A stretch of DNA of 24,000 nt from Microbacterium phage Floof. Position numbers and translations under genes: made by a program. How positions within the stretch are numbered: the stretch's first letter is position 1; every line of letters begins with the position of its first letter. The stretch lies in sequence record MH271298.1, one strand, 5' to 3'. The notes under the pieces are model-generated. The model had not been told where the DNA came from. It saw nothing but the letters and a program-made list of their open reading frames with translations, and did no database searches. Of the stretch, positions 7,523 to 15,178 are shown one piece after another.

Positions 7523-9388
7523 ATGCAGACCTACCACTACACGCTGGCCGGGGAGGAGTGCATCATCTACTTCCCCGAGCGCCGCGCCGAGCTGGCCGCA
7601 TACCGGCGCTTCCTCGCCGAGGGCGACAAGGTCCTGTGCATCGACACCGAGACCTCCGGCCTGGACATCTACTCCCCCGGCTACCAGGCCCGCCTCTTCC
7701 AGATCGGCAACCGGCGAGAGGCCTGGGTCCTCCGCTGGGACCTCTTCCCCGACACCATCCGCAAGACGCTGGAGCAGGACCGGCATTTCACCGCCCACAA
7801 TGCCCCGTTCGATCTCAAGGTGATCGACAAGCACGGCGGCGTCCCCCTGGAGGTCCTCGCCGGTCGCACCTTCGACACGCGCATTTTCGCGCACCTCATC
7901 GACCCGCGCAGCCAGCACGAGGGCGGGGCGGGCCTGTCCCTCAAGCCGCTCTCCGCCATCTACGTGGACGAGTCCGCACCCGACACCGCCGAGGGCCTGA
8001 ACGCGGTCTTCCGCACCATCAAGCACCCGGTCACGGGCAAGCCCTGCACCAAGGACAACGGCTGGGCCTACATCCCCATCGACCACCCCACCTACGTCCT
8101 ATACGCCGGTCTCGACGTGCTCCTGGGCCGCCGCCTCTTCGATGAGCTGGCCGAGATCATCAAGGGGATGGGTCTCTCCGACCTCTCCACCTTCGAGCAC
8201 CACTTCCAGGGCCTCATCACGACCATGGAGCGCCGGGGCGTCCTCCTGGATGTCCCCTACGTCGAGAAGCTGGACAGCCGCCTGTCCGACGAGGCCGAGC
8301 ACTTCGGCACCATCGCCAAGCGCTACGGCGTCGAGAACGTCAACAGCACTGTCCAGGTCGCCGAGGCACTCGTGGCCATGGGTGAGGACCTCACCAAGCG
8401 GACGGACGGCAACGCGCTGGCCGTCGGCAAGGACGTGCTCATGCCCCTGGCCGACCTGGACCAGGACTGGAACCTCCGCGACTCCCGCAAGCCCAACCCG
8501 CTCGCGGACGCCGTCCTCCGGGCCAAGCGCGCGGGCAAGTGGCGGAAGAGCTACGTGGAGGCCTTCCTGAACCTCAAGGACTCTGACGACCGCCTCCACG
8601 CGGGCATCGGGACCCTACAGGCTCGCACCGCCCGCATGAGCATTTCGCGCCCGCCGCTCCAGCAGCTCCCCTCCGGTGACTGGACCATCCGGCGCGCCAT
8701 GATCGCCGACCCCGGCAAGCTCATCATCGCCAGCGACTACTCCCAGGTGGAAATGCGAGTCCTCGCAGCCCTCTGCCAGGACAAGACGCTGGTGGAGGCC
8801 ATCCTGTCCGGGACCGACCTTCACGACTTCACAGCCGCCAAGGTCTTCGGCCCCGACTTCACCAAGAAGCAGCGCAAGATCGCCAAGTCCATCGGCTTCG
8901 GCAAGGTCTACGGCGGTGGAGCGGCGACGGTCTCCATGCAGACCGGCGTGCCCGAGGCCGACGTGAAGCCCGCCATGCTCGCCTATGACAAGACGTTCCC
9001 CGGCATCAAGCGATACGGCGCACGGCTCCAGTCACGGGCCAAGTACGGCAAGCGCGAGGTGGTCACCGTCTCCGGGCGTCACCTCCCGCTGGACCGTGAC
9101 CGGCTCTACGCCGCGACCAACTACGTCGTCCAGTCCACGGCCCGCGACCTCCTCGCCCAAGCCATCGTGGACATCTTCGACGCGGGGCTGGGTGACACGC
9201 TCCTCCTCCCCGTGCATGACGAGCTGATTGCCCAGGCCGACGCGAGCGAGGCCGAGGAGGTCATCCACGAGATTGGCCGCCTCATGGACTCCACTTTCTA
9301 CGGCATCCCCATCGTCTCCGACCCCGAGGTTTATGGCCGCTCCTGGGGGTCTGGCTACGGCGTCCCCGCCGAGCTTGACGCCGTGTAA
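7523..9388 (+). CDS. polA: family A DNA polymerase with 3'-5' exonuclease
   Basis: DTETSGLDIY (Exo I); IIASDYSQVEMRVLAAL (motif A); KIAKSIGFGKVYGGG (motif B); LPVHDELIAQ (motif C); 621 aa. Confidence 0.97.
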   Translation: MQTYHYTLAGEECIIYFPERRAELAAYRRFLAEGDKVLCIDTETSGLDIYSPGYQARLFQIGNRREAWVLRWDLFPDTIRKTLEQDRHFTAHNAPFDLKVIDKHGGVPLEVLAGRTFDTRIFAHLIDPRSQHEGGAGLSLKPLSAIYVDESAPDTAEGLNAVFRTIKHPVTGKPCTKDNGWAYIPIDHPTYVLYAGLDVLLGRRLFDELAEIIKGMGLSDLSTFEHHFQGLITTMERRGVLLDVPYVEKLDSRLSDEAEHFGTIAKRYGVENVNSTVQVAEALVAMGEDLTKRTDGNALAVGKDVLMPLADLDQDWNLRDSRKPNPLADAVLRAKRAGKWRKSYVEAFLNLKDSDDRLHAGIGTLQARTARMSISRPPLQQLPSGDWTIRRAMIADPGKLIIASDYSQVEMRVLAALCQDKTLVEAILSGTDLHDFTAAKVFGPDFTKKQRKIAKSIGFGKVYGGGAATVSMQTGVPEADVKPAMLAYDKTFPGIKRYGARLQSRAKYGKREVVTVSGRHLPLDRDRLYAATNYVVQSTARDLLAQAIVDIFDAGLGDTLLLPVHDELIAQADASEAEEVIHEIGRLMDSTFYGIPIVSDPEVYGRSWGSGYGVPAELDAV

Positions 9389-9410
9389 ACACCCTCCCTG
9401 AAAGGCAAGC

Positions 9411-9728
9411 ATGAACACCCCCACCACCGCCGAGGCCATCCGCACGCTAGGCGAAAGCGTCACCGAGCTGGCCGACGCACTGGCACACGCCGAGGAGGTC
9501 CAGTGGCTCCGGCCCGCTGGCCCCTCCATGCGGCAGGAGACATCCGAGAAGGCAAAGGGCGGCATCTCCAACCCCACCGCCGACATCACCGCCGACACGC
9601 GCCGCCTCCGGGTCCGTGCCGCGGTGATCTCCGGCGAGATCGGCGCGCAGCGCATCGCCGACGAGGCCGCCAAGTTGGCCGGTGAGCTACGCGAGGCCGT
9701 CACCGACTGGGCTGGCGTCCGCGCCTAG
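9411..9728 (+). CDS. hypothetical protein, 105 aa
   Basis: CTGAAAGGC RBS; ATG at 9411. Confidence 0.65.
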   Translation: MNTPTTAEAIRTLGESVTELADALAHAEEVQWLRPAGPSMRQETSEKAKGGISNPTADITADTRRLRVRAAVISGEIGAQRIADEAAKLAGELREAVTDWAGVRA

Positions 9729-9762
9729 CGCAACACGCCGACACGCCGCGCGTGTCTTGTGT

Positions 9763-9791
9763 CACGCAAAGCTCCTTGCGGACGTATGCTT
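9763..9791 (+). promoter_or_regulatory. operator-like element S1 with TATGCT -10-like box
   Basis: CACGCAAAGCTCCTTGCGGACGTATGCTTAT closely matches the S7 element CGCAAGGAGCTTTGCGGACGTATACTCCTAT. Confidence 0.55.
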
Positions 9792-9796
9792 ATCCA

Positions 9797-9874
9797 GTAC
9801 CCCGTCCGGGTACATCTCCCCTTGTGTGACTTTCGCCTGTAGGGGGCTGGGCTTCGGCCTGGCCCCCCAGTCAC
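9797..9874 (+). other. structured 5' leader: two hairpins upstream of sigma-like gene
   Basis: GTACCC-cgtcc-GGGTAC (9797-9813) and GTGACT...GGGGGCTGGGC-TTCG-GCCTGGCCCCC-c-AGTCAC (9826-9874) with a C(UUCG)G tetraloop. Confidence 0.6.
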
Positions 9875-9980
9875 CGCACGACCCCGACCGCGCATAGGCG
9901 CTAATCGTCGTGCCCGCTGTGTGCCTACGCCACGCAAGGCTCCTTCCGCAAACTCCACAGATCAAATCGAAAGGCTCACC

Positions 9981-10874
9981 ATGTCCTCCTTCTCCACGTC
10001 CATCCGCGAACTCTTCGACGCCAAGCTGGCCCCGTTCGCGCAGCTCCCCCTGGAGGAGGAGCTGGCCCTGATCTCCGAGGCCCAGGGTGGCTCCGAGGAG
10101 GCCAAGCTCCGCCTCCTCCGCCAGTACGCCAACGGCCTCCGCTCCATCGCCGCCCGCGAGCACGCCCGAGCTGGTGGCCGCGAGGCTGGCGAGGACCCCG
10201 AGGAGACCCGGGCCAACGTCCTGATCGCCTTCATGGAGGCCCTCGCCGCGTGCGACGGAACCACCCGCATCGCCGCCCGCCTCAAGGGCGCGACGCTGGA
10301 CGCCGCCAACACCTACCACCTCCGCAGCGCGTTCGCCGTCCCGGCGCGCACCCGCGCCCGCTACTTCCAGGCGCTCCGCGAGGCGGGCCTGAACGGCAAC
10401 GCCGAGGACAAGGCCGTGGAGCTGGGCATGTCCCGCGAGGTCTTCCAGCAGGTTCGCGCCGCGTTCTCCACCGACTCAATCGAGGGGCTGGGTGAGACGT
10501 GGTCGCACGGTGTCGGCGTCGCTGCCGACACCTACGGCGGCCAGGACTACGGACGCGAGCGCGCGCCGCACATGGAAGGCCTCCAGTCCAGCCTCCAGCC
10601 GAGCTACGCCACCACCGAGGACCGGCTGACCCTGGCGCGCGCCTACGCTGCCGTGGACGAGCTGACCCTGGGTGTCATCGAGGACGCCTACGGCTTCGCC
10701 TTCTACGACGACGACAGCACGCCCGAGAAGCCGATCCGCGACCGCGACCCGTTCGCGGGCTTCGACCCCATCCCCGACACCCAGATCGCGCACCTCCGCG
10801 GCATGTCCCGTTCCGGCATCCAGCGCAAGCGGACCGAGGGCTTGGCCGCCATGCGCGTGGCCGTCGGCGCATGA
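9981..10874 (+). CDS. divergent sigma70-family-like protein
   Basis: EEELALISEAQGGSEEAKLRLLRQYANGLRSIAAREHA...ETRANVLIAFMEALAACDG (region 2-like) and TQIAHLRGMSRSGIQRKRTEGLAAMR (region 4.2 HTH-like); 297 aa. Confidence 0.6.
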   Translation: MSSFSTSIRELFDAKLAPFAQLPLEEELALISEAQGGSEEAKLRLLRQYANGLRSIAAREHARAGGREAGEDPEETRANVLIAFMEALAACDGTTRIAARLKGATLDAANTYHLRSAFAVPARTRARYFQALREAGLNGNAEDKAVELGMSREVFQQVRAAFSTDSIEGLGETWSHGVGVAADTYGGQDYGRERAPHMEGLQSSLQPSYATTEDRLTLARAYAAVDELTLGVIEDAYGFAFYDDDSTPEKPIRDRDPFAGFDPIPDTQIAHLRGMSRSGIQRKRTEGLAAMRVAVGA

Positions 10875-11038
10875 GGTCCGGCATTTACCGCGGGCGCGCC
10901 GTCGGCAGCTTCGGCGTCTGGCGGCGCACCCCGGACGGTCGCTGGCTTTTCTCCCTCCCGGTAGACGGCGCGAGCTGGCGAGCCGCCGACATGACGGATG
11001 AACAGGCATCCGTCTATCTGGCCTGGCTCTGCCCCTGA
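10871..11038 (+). CDS. hypothetical small protein, 55 aa
   Basis: ATGA overlap; MRSGIYRGRAVGSFGVWRRTPDGRWLFSLPVDG... Confidence 0.55.
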   Translation: MRSGIYRGRAVGSFGVWRRTPDGRWLFSLPVDGASWRAADMTDEQASVYLAWLCP

Positions 11039-11048
11039 CCCCTCCCCC

Positions 11049-11094
11049 GAGACCCCGCGTAAGTCGCCCCTCCCGACTTACGTGGGGTCTCTTT
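11049..11094 (+). terminator. strong terminator
   Basis: GAGACCCCGCGTAAGTCG (11049-11066) / CGACTTACGTGGGGTCTC (11074-11091), 18-bp stem with one G.U, 7-nt loop, then TTT. Confidence 0.8.
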
Positions 11095-11122
11095 GCGCAA
11101 GTCTCCTTGCGTGTGCTACTGT
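11093..11122 (+). promoter_or_regulatory. promoter/operator S3
   Basis: TTGCGC (11093-11098)-N18-TACTGT (11117-11122); CGCAAGTCTCCTTGCG palindrome, reverse-complement orientation of the S4 core. Confidence 0.6.
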
Positions 11123-11171
11123 TTACACACGCCGCCACCGGCACGCAAACCACCTTCCGAAAGGACCCAAC

Positions 11172-11777
11172 ATGACCATCAACTTCTCCACCCGTGAAGA
11201 GTGGCTTGCCGCTGCCGTCGAGGCCCTCCGCCCTTACTTCGCCGAGCACGGCGCAGACATCCCCGCCGTTCGCGTCTCCGTCGGCTGGCCCAAGGGCCGC
11301 AGCGGCAACAACCAGGCCATCGGCCAGGCATGGGCCAAGGAGGCAGCCGCCGACGGCGTCGCCCAGGTCTTCATCTCCCCCGTGCTCGCCGACGCGGTCG
11401 AGGTCCTCGCCGTGCTGGTCCACGAGCTGGTCCACGTCTGGGACGAGAACGCCAGCGGACACAAGGGACCGTTCGCCAAGCTCGCCAAGGCCCTGGGCCT
11501 GGAGGGCAAGATGACGGCCACCGTCGCGGGCGACGCCCTCAAGGACAAGCTGGCCCTCATCGTCCTGGAGCTGGGCGACTACCCCCACGCCGCCCTGACC
11601 CCGTCCCTCTCCGGCGTCAAGAAGCAGGGCACCCGGATGCTCAAGGTGGAGTGCGCCGAGGGCAGCGGCTACCTGGTCCGCATGACCAAGAAGTGGCTGG
11701 ACGAGTTCGGCGCTCCCAAGTGCCCGTGCCACGAACAGGTCATGTCCGCCCCCGACGCCGAGGAGGAGGGCGAGTGA
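11172..11777 (+). CDS. SprT-like zinc metallopeptidase
   Basis: AVLVHELVHVWDENASGHKGPFAKLAKALGLEGKMTAT (HExxH plus downstream GHKGPF context); GAAAGGAC RBS. Confidence 0.75.
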   Translation: MTINFSTREEWLAAAVEALRPYFAEHGADIPAVRVSVGWPKGRSGNNQAIGQAWAKEAAADGVAQVFISPVLADAVEVLAVLVHELVHVWDENASGHKGPFAKLAKALGLEGKMTATVAGDALKDKLALIVLELGDYPHAALTPSLSGVKKQGTRMLKVECAEGSGYLVRMTKKWLDEFGAPKCPCHEQVMSAPDAEEEGE

Positions 11778-11920
11778 TCGACCACCTCACCCCCGAGGCA
11801 GGGCTGCCCCTCGCGGCCCTCCTCTGGGCCGTTGTCGCCCTCCCCCACGTCGCGCGCTGGAACCGTGCGCGACGCGCGGCCCGCAAGGAGACTTGCGCAA
11901 GCCTCCCTACGTCTGTATAG
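11774..11920 (+). CDS. possible 48-aa membrane protein
   Basis: GTGA overlap; MIDHLTPEAGLPLAALLWAVVALPHVARWNRARRAARK; its end overlaps promoter S4. Confidence 0.35.
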   Translation: MIDHLTPEAGLPLAALLWAVVALPHVARWNRARRAARKETCASLPTSV

Positions 11921-11929
11921 TCCTATACA
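11883..11929 (+). promoter_or_regulatory. promoter/operator S4 (leaderless)
   Basis: CGCAAGGAGACTTGCG palindrome; TTGCGC (11893-11898)-N17-TATAGT (11916-11921); ATG at 11929, 7 nt after the -10 box. Confidence 0.8.
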
Positions 11930-12144
11930 TGAGCACCGCAACCGCCACCATCACCACCGCCGCCACCCTCACCCCCGGCACGACCGTCCTCCTCTGGGAC
12001 GGCGCAGCCAAGGTCCAGCGCACCGTCGCCAGCGTCATCGACACGGTGGACCGCGCAACCCTGACCCTCCTCCAGGTCACCGTCCTCTGGACCGACGGGG
12101 GCCGGACGGACTACGTCCCAGATGCCGAGTTCACCACCATCTGA
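11929..12144 (+). CDS. hypothetical protein from leaderless-type start
   Basis: MSTATATITTAATLTPGTTVLLWDGAAKVQRTVASVI..., 71 aa; ATG in TATACATGA context. Confidence 0.7.
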   Translation: MSTATATITTAATLTPGTTVLLWDGAAKVQRTVASVIDTVDRATLTLLQVTVLWTDGGRTDYVPDAEFTTI

Positions 12145-12151
12145 TCCGACC

Positions 12152-12178
12152 GGGAGGGGCCACGCGCCCCTCCCCCTT
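12152..12178 (+). terminator. terminator-like hairpin
   Basis: GGGAGGGG-CCACGCG-CCCCTCCC followed by CCTTCC; weak U-tract. Confidence 0.4.
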
Positions 12179-12197
12179 CCCTGAAAGGACCGCCGCC

Positions 12198-12449
12198 ATG
12201 CCCGCTCCCATCGTCCACGCCTTCGACCGCAAGCCCCTTTCCGTCGAGAAGCTCGCCGACGCCGCCGACCGCTTCGACTACTTCGGCGGCATCTCCGTTG
12301 TCATCGGCTCCGGCAAGACCGTGACCCCCGGCCAGCTCTGGGAGCGCGTCGCCGAGGGCACGACCAAGCGCGAGCGTGCCCGCACCTCCCGCCTCATCCG
12401 CGCCGGTCGCCGCCCCATCCGCCTCCGCAACGAGGGACCCCGGCCATGA
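12198..12449 (+). CDS. hypothetical protein, 83 aa
   Basis: GAAAGGAC RBS; GQLWERVAE motif shared with the next gene. Confidence 0.7.
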   Translation: MPAPIVHAFDRKPLSVEKLADAADRFDYFGGISVVIGSGKTVTPGQLWERVAEGTTKRERARTSRLIRAGRRPIRLRNEGPRP

Positions 12450-12772
12450 CCGCGCCGCTCATGATGACCGTCCTGGACCGCCCCGCCCACGCCGATGAGC
12501 TGGCCAACTTCGCCCAGCTCCTCCACGGCGGCTACCTGGACGGCCAGCCCATCCCCTCCACCTACGGCCAGCTCTGGCAGCGTGCAGCAGAGCAGCAGCC
12601 CCGCCCGACTGGCCGTATCCGCTTCATCGCCTGGCGTCTCCGCGTCGCCGCCCGCCAGCGTGGCACCCGCGGCGCTCGCGCCATCCGCAACGCCTCCGAC
12701 GGCCTCCCCTTCGCTCGCCCCATGCGCGCCTACACCAACGGCGTCATCAGCGCCGGAAAGGACCTCTCATGA
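12446..12772 (+). CDS. hypothetical protein, likely tandem paralogue of 12198-12449
   Basis: YGQLWQRAAEQ versus PGQLWERVAEG at matching positions; ATGA overlap. Confidence 0.7.
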   Translation: MTAPLMMTVLDRPAHADELANFAQLLHGGYLDGQPIPSTYGQLWQRAAEQQPRPTGRIRFIAWRLRVAARQRGTRGARAIRNASDGLPFARPMRAYTNGVISAGKDLS

Positions 12773-13548
12773 CCGCCTCCCGCATCCAGCCGGACTCCCG
12801 GCCCGTCCTCATCGTCGCCACGGTCATCACGGCCCTCCTGGCCGCCGTGTCCTTCCTCCTGAGCTTCAACGGGCTGGCCGAGGCCGCGAGCTGGGCGAAC
12901 GTCCCCGGCTGGCTCGCCTGGGCGCTGCCCGCCTACGTGGACGGGGCAATCCTGGTCTACACGGTCGCCGCCCTGGTCTTCCGCTCGCGCGGCGAGTCCG
13001 CCCGCCTGGAGTGGGCAGCCCTGGGCCTCTTCGCGGCGCTGTCCGTGGCAGCCAACGGCGTCCACGCCTGGACCACCGCCCCCGCCTGGCTCCAGGTCGC
13101 CCTGGGCGTCACCCTCGCGGCCCTCGCGCCGGTCTCCGTCCTCCTGACCACCCACACGCTCGCCAAGCTCGTCGTGGCCCCGCCGACCGCCGCCAATGAC
13201 TGGACCGAGACCGAGCTGAGCGTGGCCGAGGTCTACGCCCAGGAGGAGATCATCCCCGGCGCGCTGGAGCTGCCCGAGGAGCCGATCCAGGCGTGGTCCG
13301 GCGCGACTATCCGCGAGGCCGCACCCGAGCCGGACGCCGCTGCCGAGGCTGCCCCCATGACCTCCCCCACGCCGATCCTGAGCACCTCCGACCGCAACGC
13401 CCGCATCCACGAGCTGGCCGCCCAGAAGAAGAGCCTCCGCGCCATCGCCGCCGAGGTGGGTTGCTCCAAGTCCAACGTGGCCCGCGTCCTGGGCAAGCGC
13501 CCCGACGCCGACGCCGAGGATGCCGAGGATGCCGAGGATGCAGCCTGA
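12769..13548 (+). CDS. DUF2637-like membrane protein with C-terminal HTH
   Basis: Four hydrophobic segments (FNGLAEAASWANVPGWLAWALPAYVDG, then others) followed by NARIHELAAQKKSLRAIAAEVGCSKSNVARVLGKR. Confidence 0.65.
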   Translation: MTASRIQPDSRPVLIVATVITALLAAVSFLLSFNGLAEAASWANVPGWLAWALPAYVDGAILVYTVAALVFRSRGESARLEWAALGLFAALSVAANGVHAWTTAPAWLQVALGVTLAALAPVSVLLTTHTLAKLVVAPPTAANDWTETELSVAEVYAQEEIIPGALELPEEPIQAWSGATIREAAPEPDAAAEAAPMTSPTPILSTSDRNARIHELAAQKKSLRAIAAEVGCSKSNVARVLGKRPDADAEDAEDAEDAA

Positions 13549-13600
13549 CCTACCGGTAGGATCACCTCTGATCCTCCGCCGAGCTACGAAAGACCCGCAT

Positions 13601-14203
13601 ATGTCCGAACCCAAGTCCACCTTCGCCGACCGCTTCGCCGAGCGGAACGCCGCCAGCGCCGCCAAGGCCGCCGAGAAGGACGCCGCGCGCAAGGCCGCCC
13701 AGCGCGAGCGCTTCGCCCGCGACTACCCCGAGATGGCCGCAGCCGCAGCCGCCCGCGAGATCGAGCTGGGCCGCGAGCTGACCGCCTCCGAAATGTCCGA
13801 GCTGGGCGCGTCGATCCGTACCGGCGTCCCGCTGCCGAAAGCCGCCCCCGAGGTCGCGCCCCACATCCGCGCATCCCAGGACGCTGCCGAGGCCGAGCAC
13901 GCCGCCGACTTCCCCGAGCGGGTCGCCCGCGAGGCCCAGGCCGCAGCGGATGCCGCCCTCAACACCGAGGTGGCCAAGTACGCCCGCCAGGGCTACACGG
14001 TCACCGACCGCTCCCCCGGCCAGGTCATCCTCCAGCGCAAGAAGCCCATGGGCTTCCTCTACCTCCTGGTGATGATCCTCCTGGCCATCACCGTCATCGG
14101 CCTCCTCCTGATCTTCCCGCTTCTCCGCATGGTGAACGGCAAGAAGGAGACCGTCATCCTGACGGTGGACGCCTCCGGCCACGTCAAGGTCCGCAAGTCC
14201 TGA
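13601..14203 (+). CDS. membrane protein with charged, coiled-coil-like N-terminus
   Basis: MSEPKSTFADRFAERNAASAAKAAEKDAARK... then FLYLLVMILLAITVIGLLLIFPLL; 200 aa. Confidence 0.7.
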   Translation: MSEPKSTFADRFAERNAASAAKAAEKDAARKAAQRERFARDYPEMAAAAAAREIELGRELTASEMSELGASIRTGVPLPKAAPEVAPHIRASQDAAEAEHAADFPERVAREAQAAADAALNTEVAKYARQGYTVTDRSPGQVILQRKKPMGFLYLLVMILLAITVIGLLLIFPLLRMVNGKKETVILTVDASGHVKVRKS

Positions 14204-14213
14204 CCCCGCCGTG

Positions 14214-14257
14214 CCACGCAAGGCGACTTGCGGGGGGAGTGTCTAGCGGTATACAGT
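14214..14257 (+). promoter_or_regulatory. promoter/operator S5
   Basis: CACGCAAGGCGACTTGCG; TTGCGG (14228)-N18-TACAGT (14252-14257). Confidence 0.6.
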
Positions 14258-14302
14258 GGACTCATCGCCGGACGGACCAGCGAGAAGCCCGAGGAGGCCG
14301 CC

Positions 14303-14476
14303 ATGAAGTTCCACTTCTCCCCCGCAGCTAAGGCCACCACCAATTACATCGAGTGCGACCGCACCGACCAGGCCCCCTGCGGGACCAAGCGCCGTCCCAA
14401 CGCCTCCGGCCTCTGCCTTACTTCCATCCGCGAGGCAGTCACCTGTGCCAAGTGCCGTGCGGACCTTGACGCATAG
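14303..14476 (+). CDS. small Cys-containing protein, 57 aa
   Basis: MKFHFSPAAKATTNYIECDRTDQAPCGTKRRPNASGLCLTSIREAVTCAKCRADLDA. Confidence 0.6.
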   Translation: MKFHFSPAAKATTNYIECDRTDQAPCGTKRRPNASGLCLTSIREAVTCAKCRADLDA

Positions 14477-14490
14477 CCCGCCACCCCTCA

Positions 14491-14524
14491 GCCCCTCACG
14501 CCTCCTCCGGCGTGGGGGGCTTTT
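14491..14524 (+). terminator. Rho-independent-like terminator
   Basis: GCCCCTCACGCC / GGCGTGGGGGGC then TTTT. Confidence 0.8.
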
Positions 14525-14542
14525 CGCGTTTACACGACACGC

Positions 14543-14584
14543 CGCGCAAGGAGATTTGCGCACACCTGTCTAGCCCTATACACT
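14543..14584 (+). promoter_or_regulatory. promoter/operator S6
   Basis: GCGCAAGGAGATTTGCGC; TTGCGC (14556-14561)-N17-TACACT (14579-14584). Confidence 0.7.
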
Positions 14585-14622
14585 TGAGGTATCGGGAAAG
14601 CCCCGATAGTAAGGAGGGCGTG

Positions 14623-14715
14623 ATGGAGGTTCTCAACCTCATCACCGCGGTGGTCAGTCTCCTGACAGCCGTGATCCTCTGGCAGACGGCCAAGCGCAAC
14701 CGGCGCAAGGACTAA
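14623..14715 (+). CDS. 30-aa membrane peptide
   Basis: AAGGAGGGCG RBS; MEVLNLITAVVSLLTAVILWQTAKRNRRKD; GTG at 14620 is an alternative start. Confidence 0.6.
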   Translation: MEVLNLITAVVSLLTAVILWQTAKRNRRKD

Positions 14716-14723
14716 CCCAGAGA

Positions 14724-14754
14724 GGCCCCTGGATAGACTTAGTATCCAGGGGCC
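14724..14754 (+). other. 12-bp perfect hairpin between two small membrane-protein ORFs
   Basis: GGCCCCTGGATA-GACTTAG-TATCCAGGGGCC. Confidence 0.7.
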
Positions 14755-14783
14755 ACCCTCCCAGCATCGTAAGGCAGGAAATC

Positions 14784-14933
14784 ATGTTCGACACCCTCAC
14801 CGCCTTCACGTCCGACATCTTCGCCTGGGCGTGGGGTGGCGGCCTCTCCTGGGTCATCTCCTTCATGGCCCTGGGCTTCTCGCTGTCGGCGCTGGCCATC
14901 GCCATCCGCAGCTCCCGCAAGGCTCGCCGATGA
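14784..14933 (+). CDS. 49-aa membrane protein, not in the supplied ORF track
   Basis: MFDTLTAFTSDIFAWAWGGGLSWVISFMALGFSLSALAIAIRSSRKARR, followed by ATGA-coupled ORF. Confidence 0.6.
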   Translation: MFDTLTAFTSDIFAWAWGGGLSWVISFMALGFSLSALAIAIRSSRKARR

Positions 14934-15061
14934 TCGCCCCACGCCGCGCCCAGACCGGCCCCATCCGCGCGAGGACCGGTCTTCGCACGGGGGCACACCA
15001 GTACCGCCTTCTGGCACACCAGGCCCTCGCCGCCTACCAGCGGGGACTGTCCCCGCGCTGA
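14930..15061 (+). CDS. 43-aa basic hypothetical protein
   Basis: ATGA overlap at 14930; MIAPRRAQTGPIRARTGLRTGAHQYRLLAHQALAAYQRGLSPR. Confidence 0.4.
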   Translation: MIAPRRAQTGPIRARTGLRTGAHQYRLLAHQALAAYQRGLSPR

Positions 15062-15072
15062 CCCCAACGCCA

Positions 15073-15106
15073 AAGGCCCCCAGCTCATCATCGAGCCGGG
15101 GGCCTT
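15073..15106 (+). terminator. Rho-independent-like terminator
   Basis: AAGGCCCCCAGCTC / GAGCCGGGGGCCTTTT. Confidence 0.8.
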
Positions 15107-15178
15107 TTCGCGTACCCGCCACCGTGACTAGCAGGATAGGTCTTGTCAGATGTACTCCATATGACCTATCCTTTCAAT

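Noticed and set aside
7079-8086. 335-aa reverse-strand ORF
   Set aside because: Overlaps DNA polymerase exonuclease domain on the opposite strand; no support.
10476-11732. 418-aa reverse-strand ORF
   Set aside because: Spans a strong + strand terminator/promoter and two + strand genes; GC-rich shadow ORF.
13519-13545. GAGGATGCC triple repeat as an iteron
   Set aside because: Short, in frame, and encodes an acidic tail; more simply coding slippage than an origin iteron.
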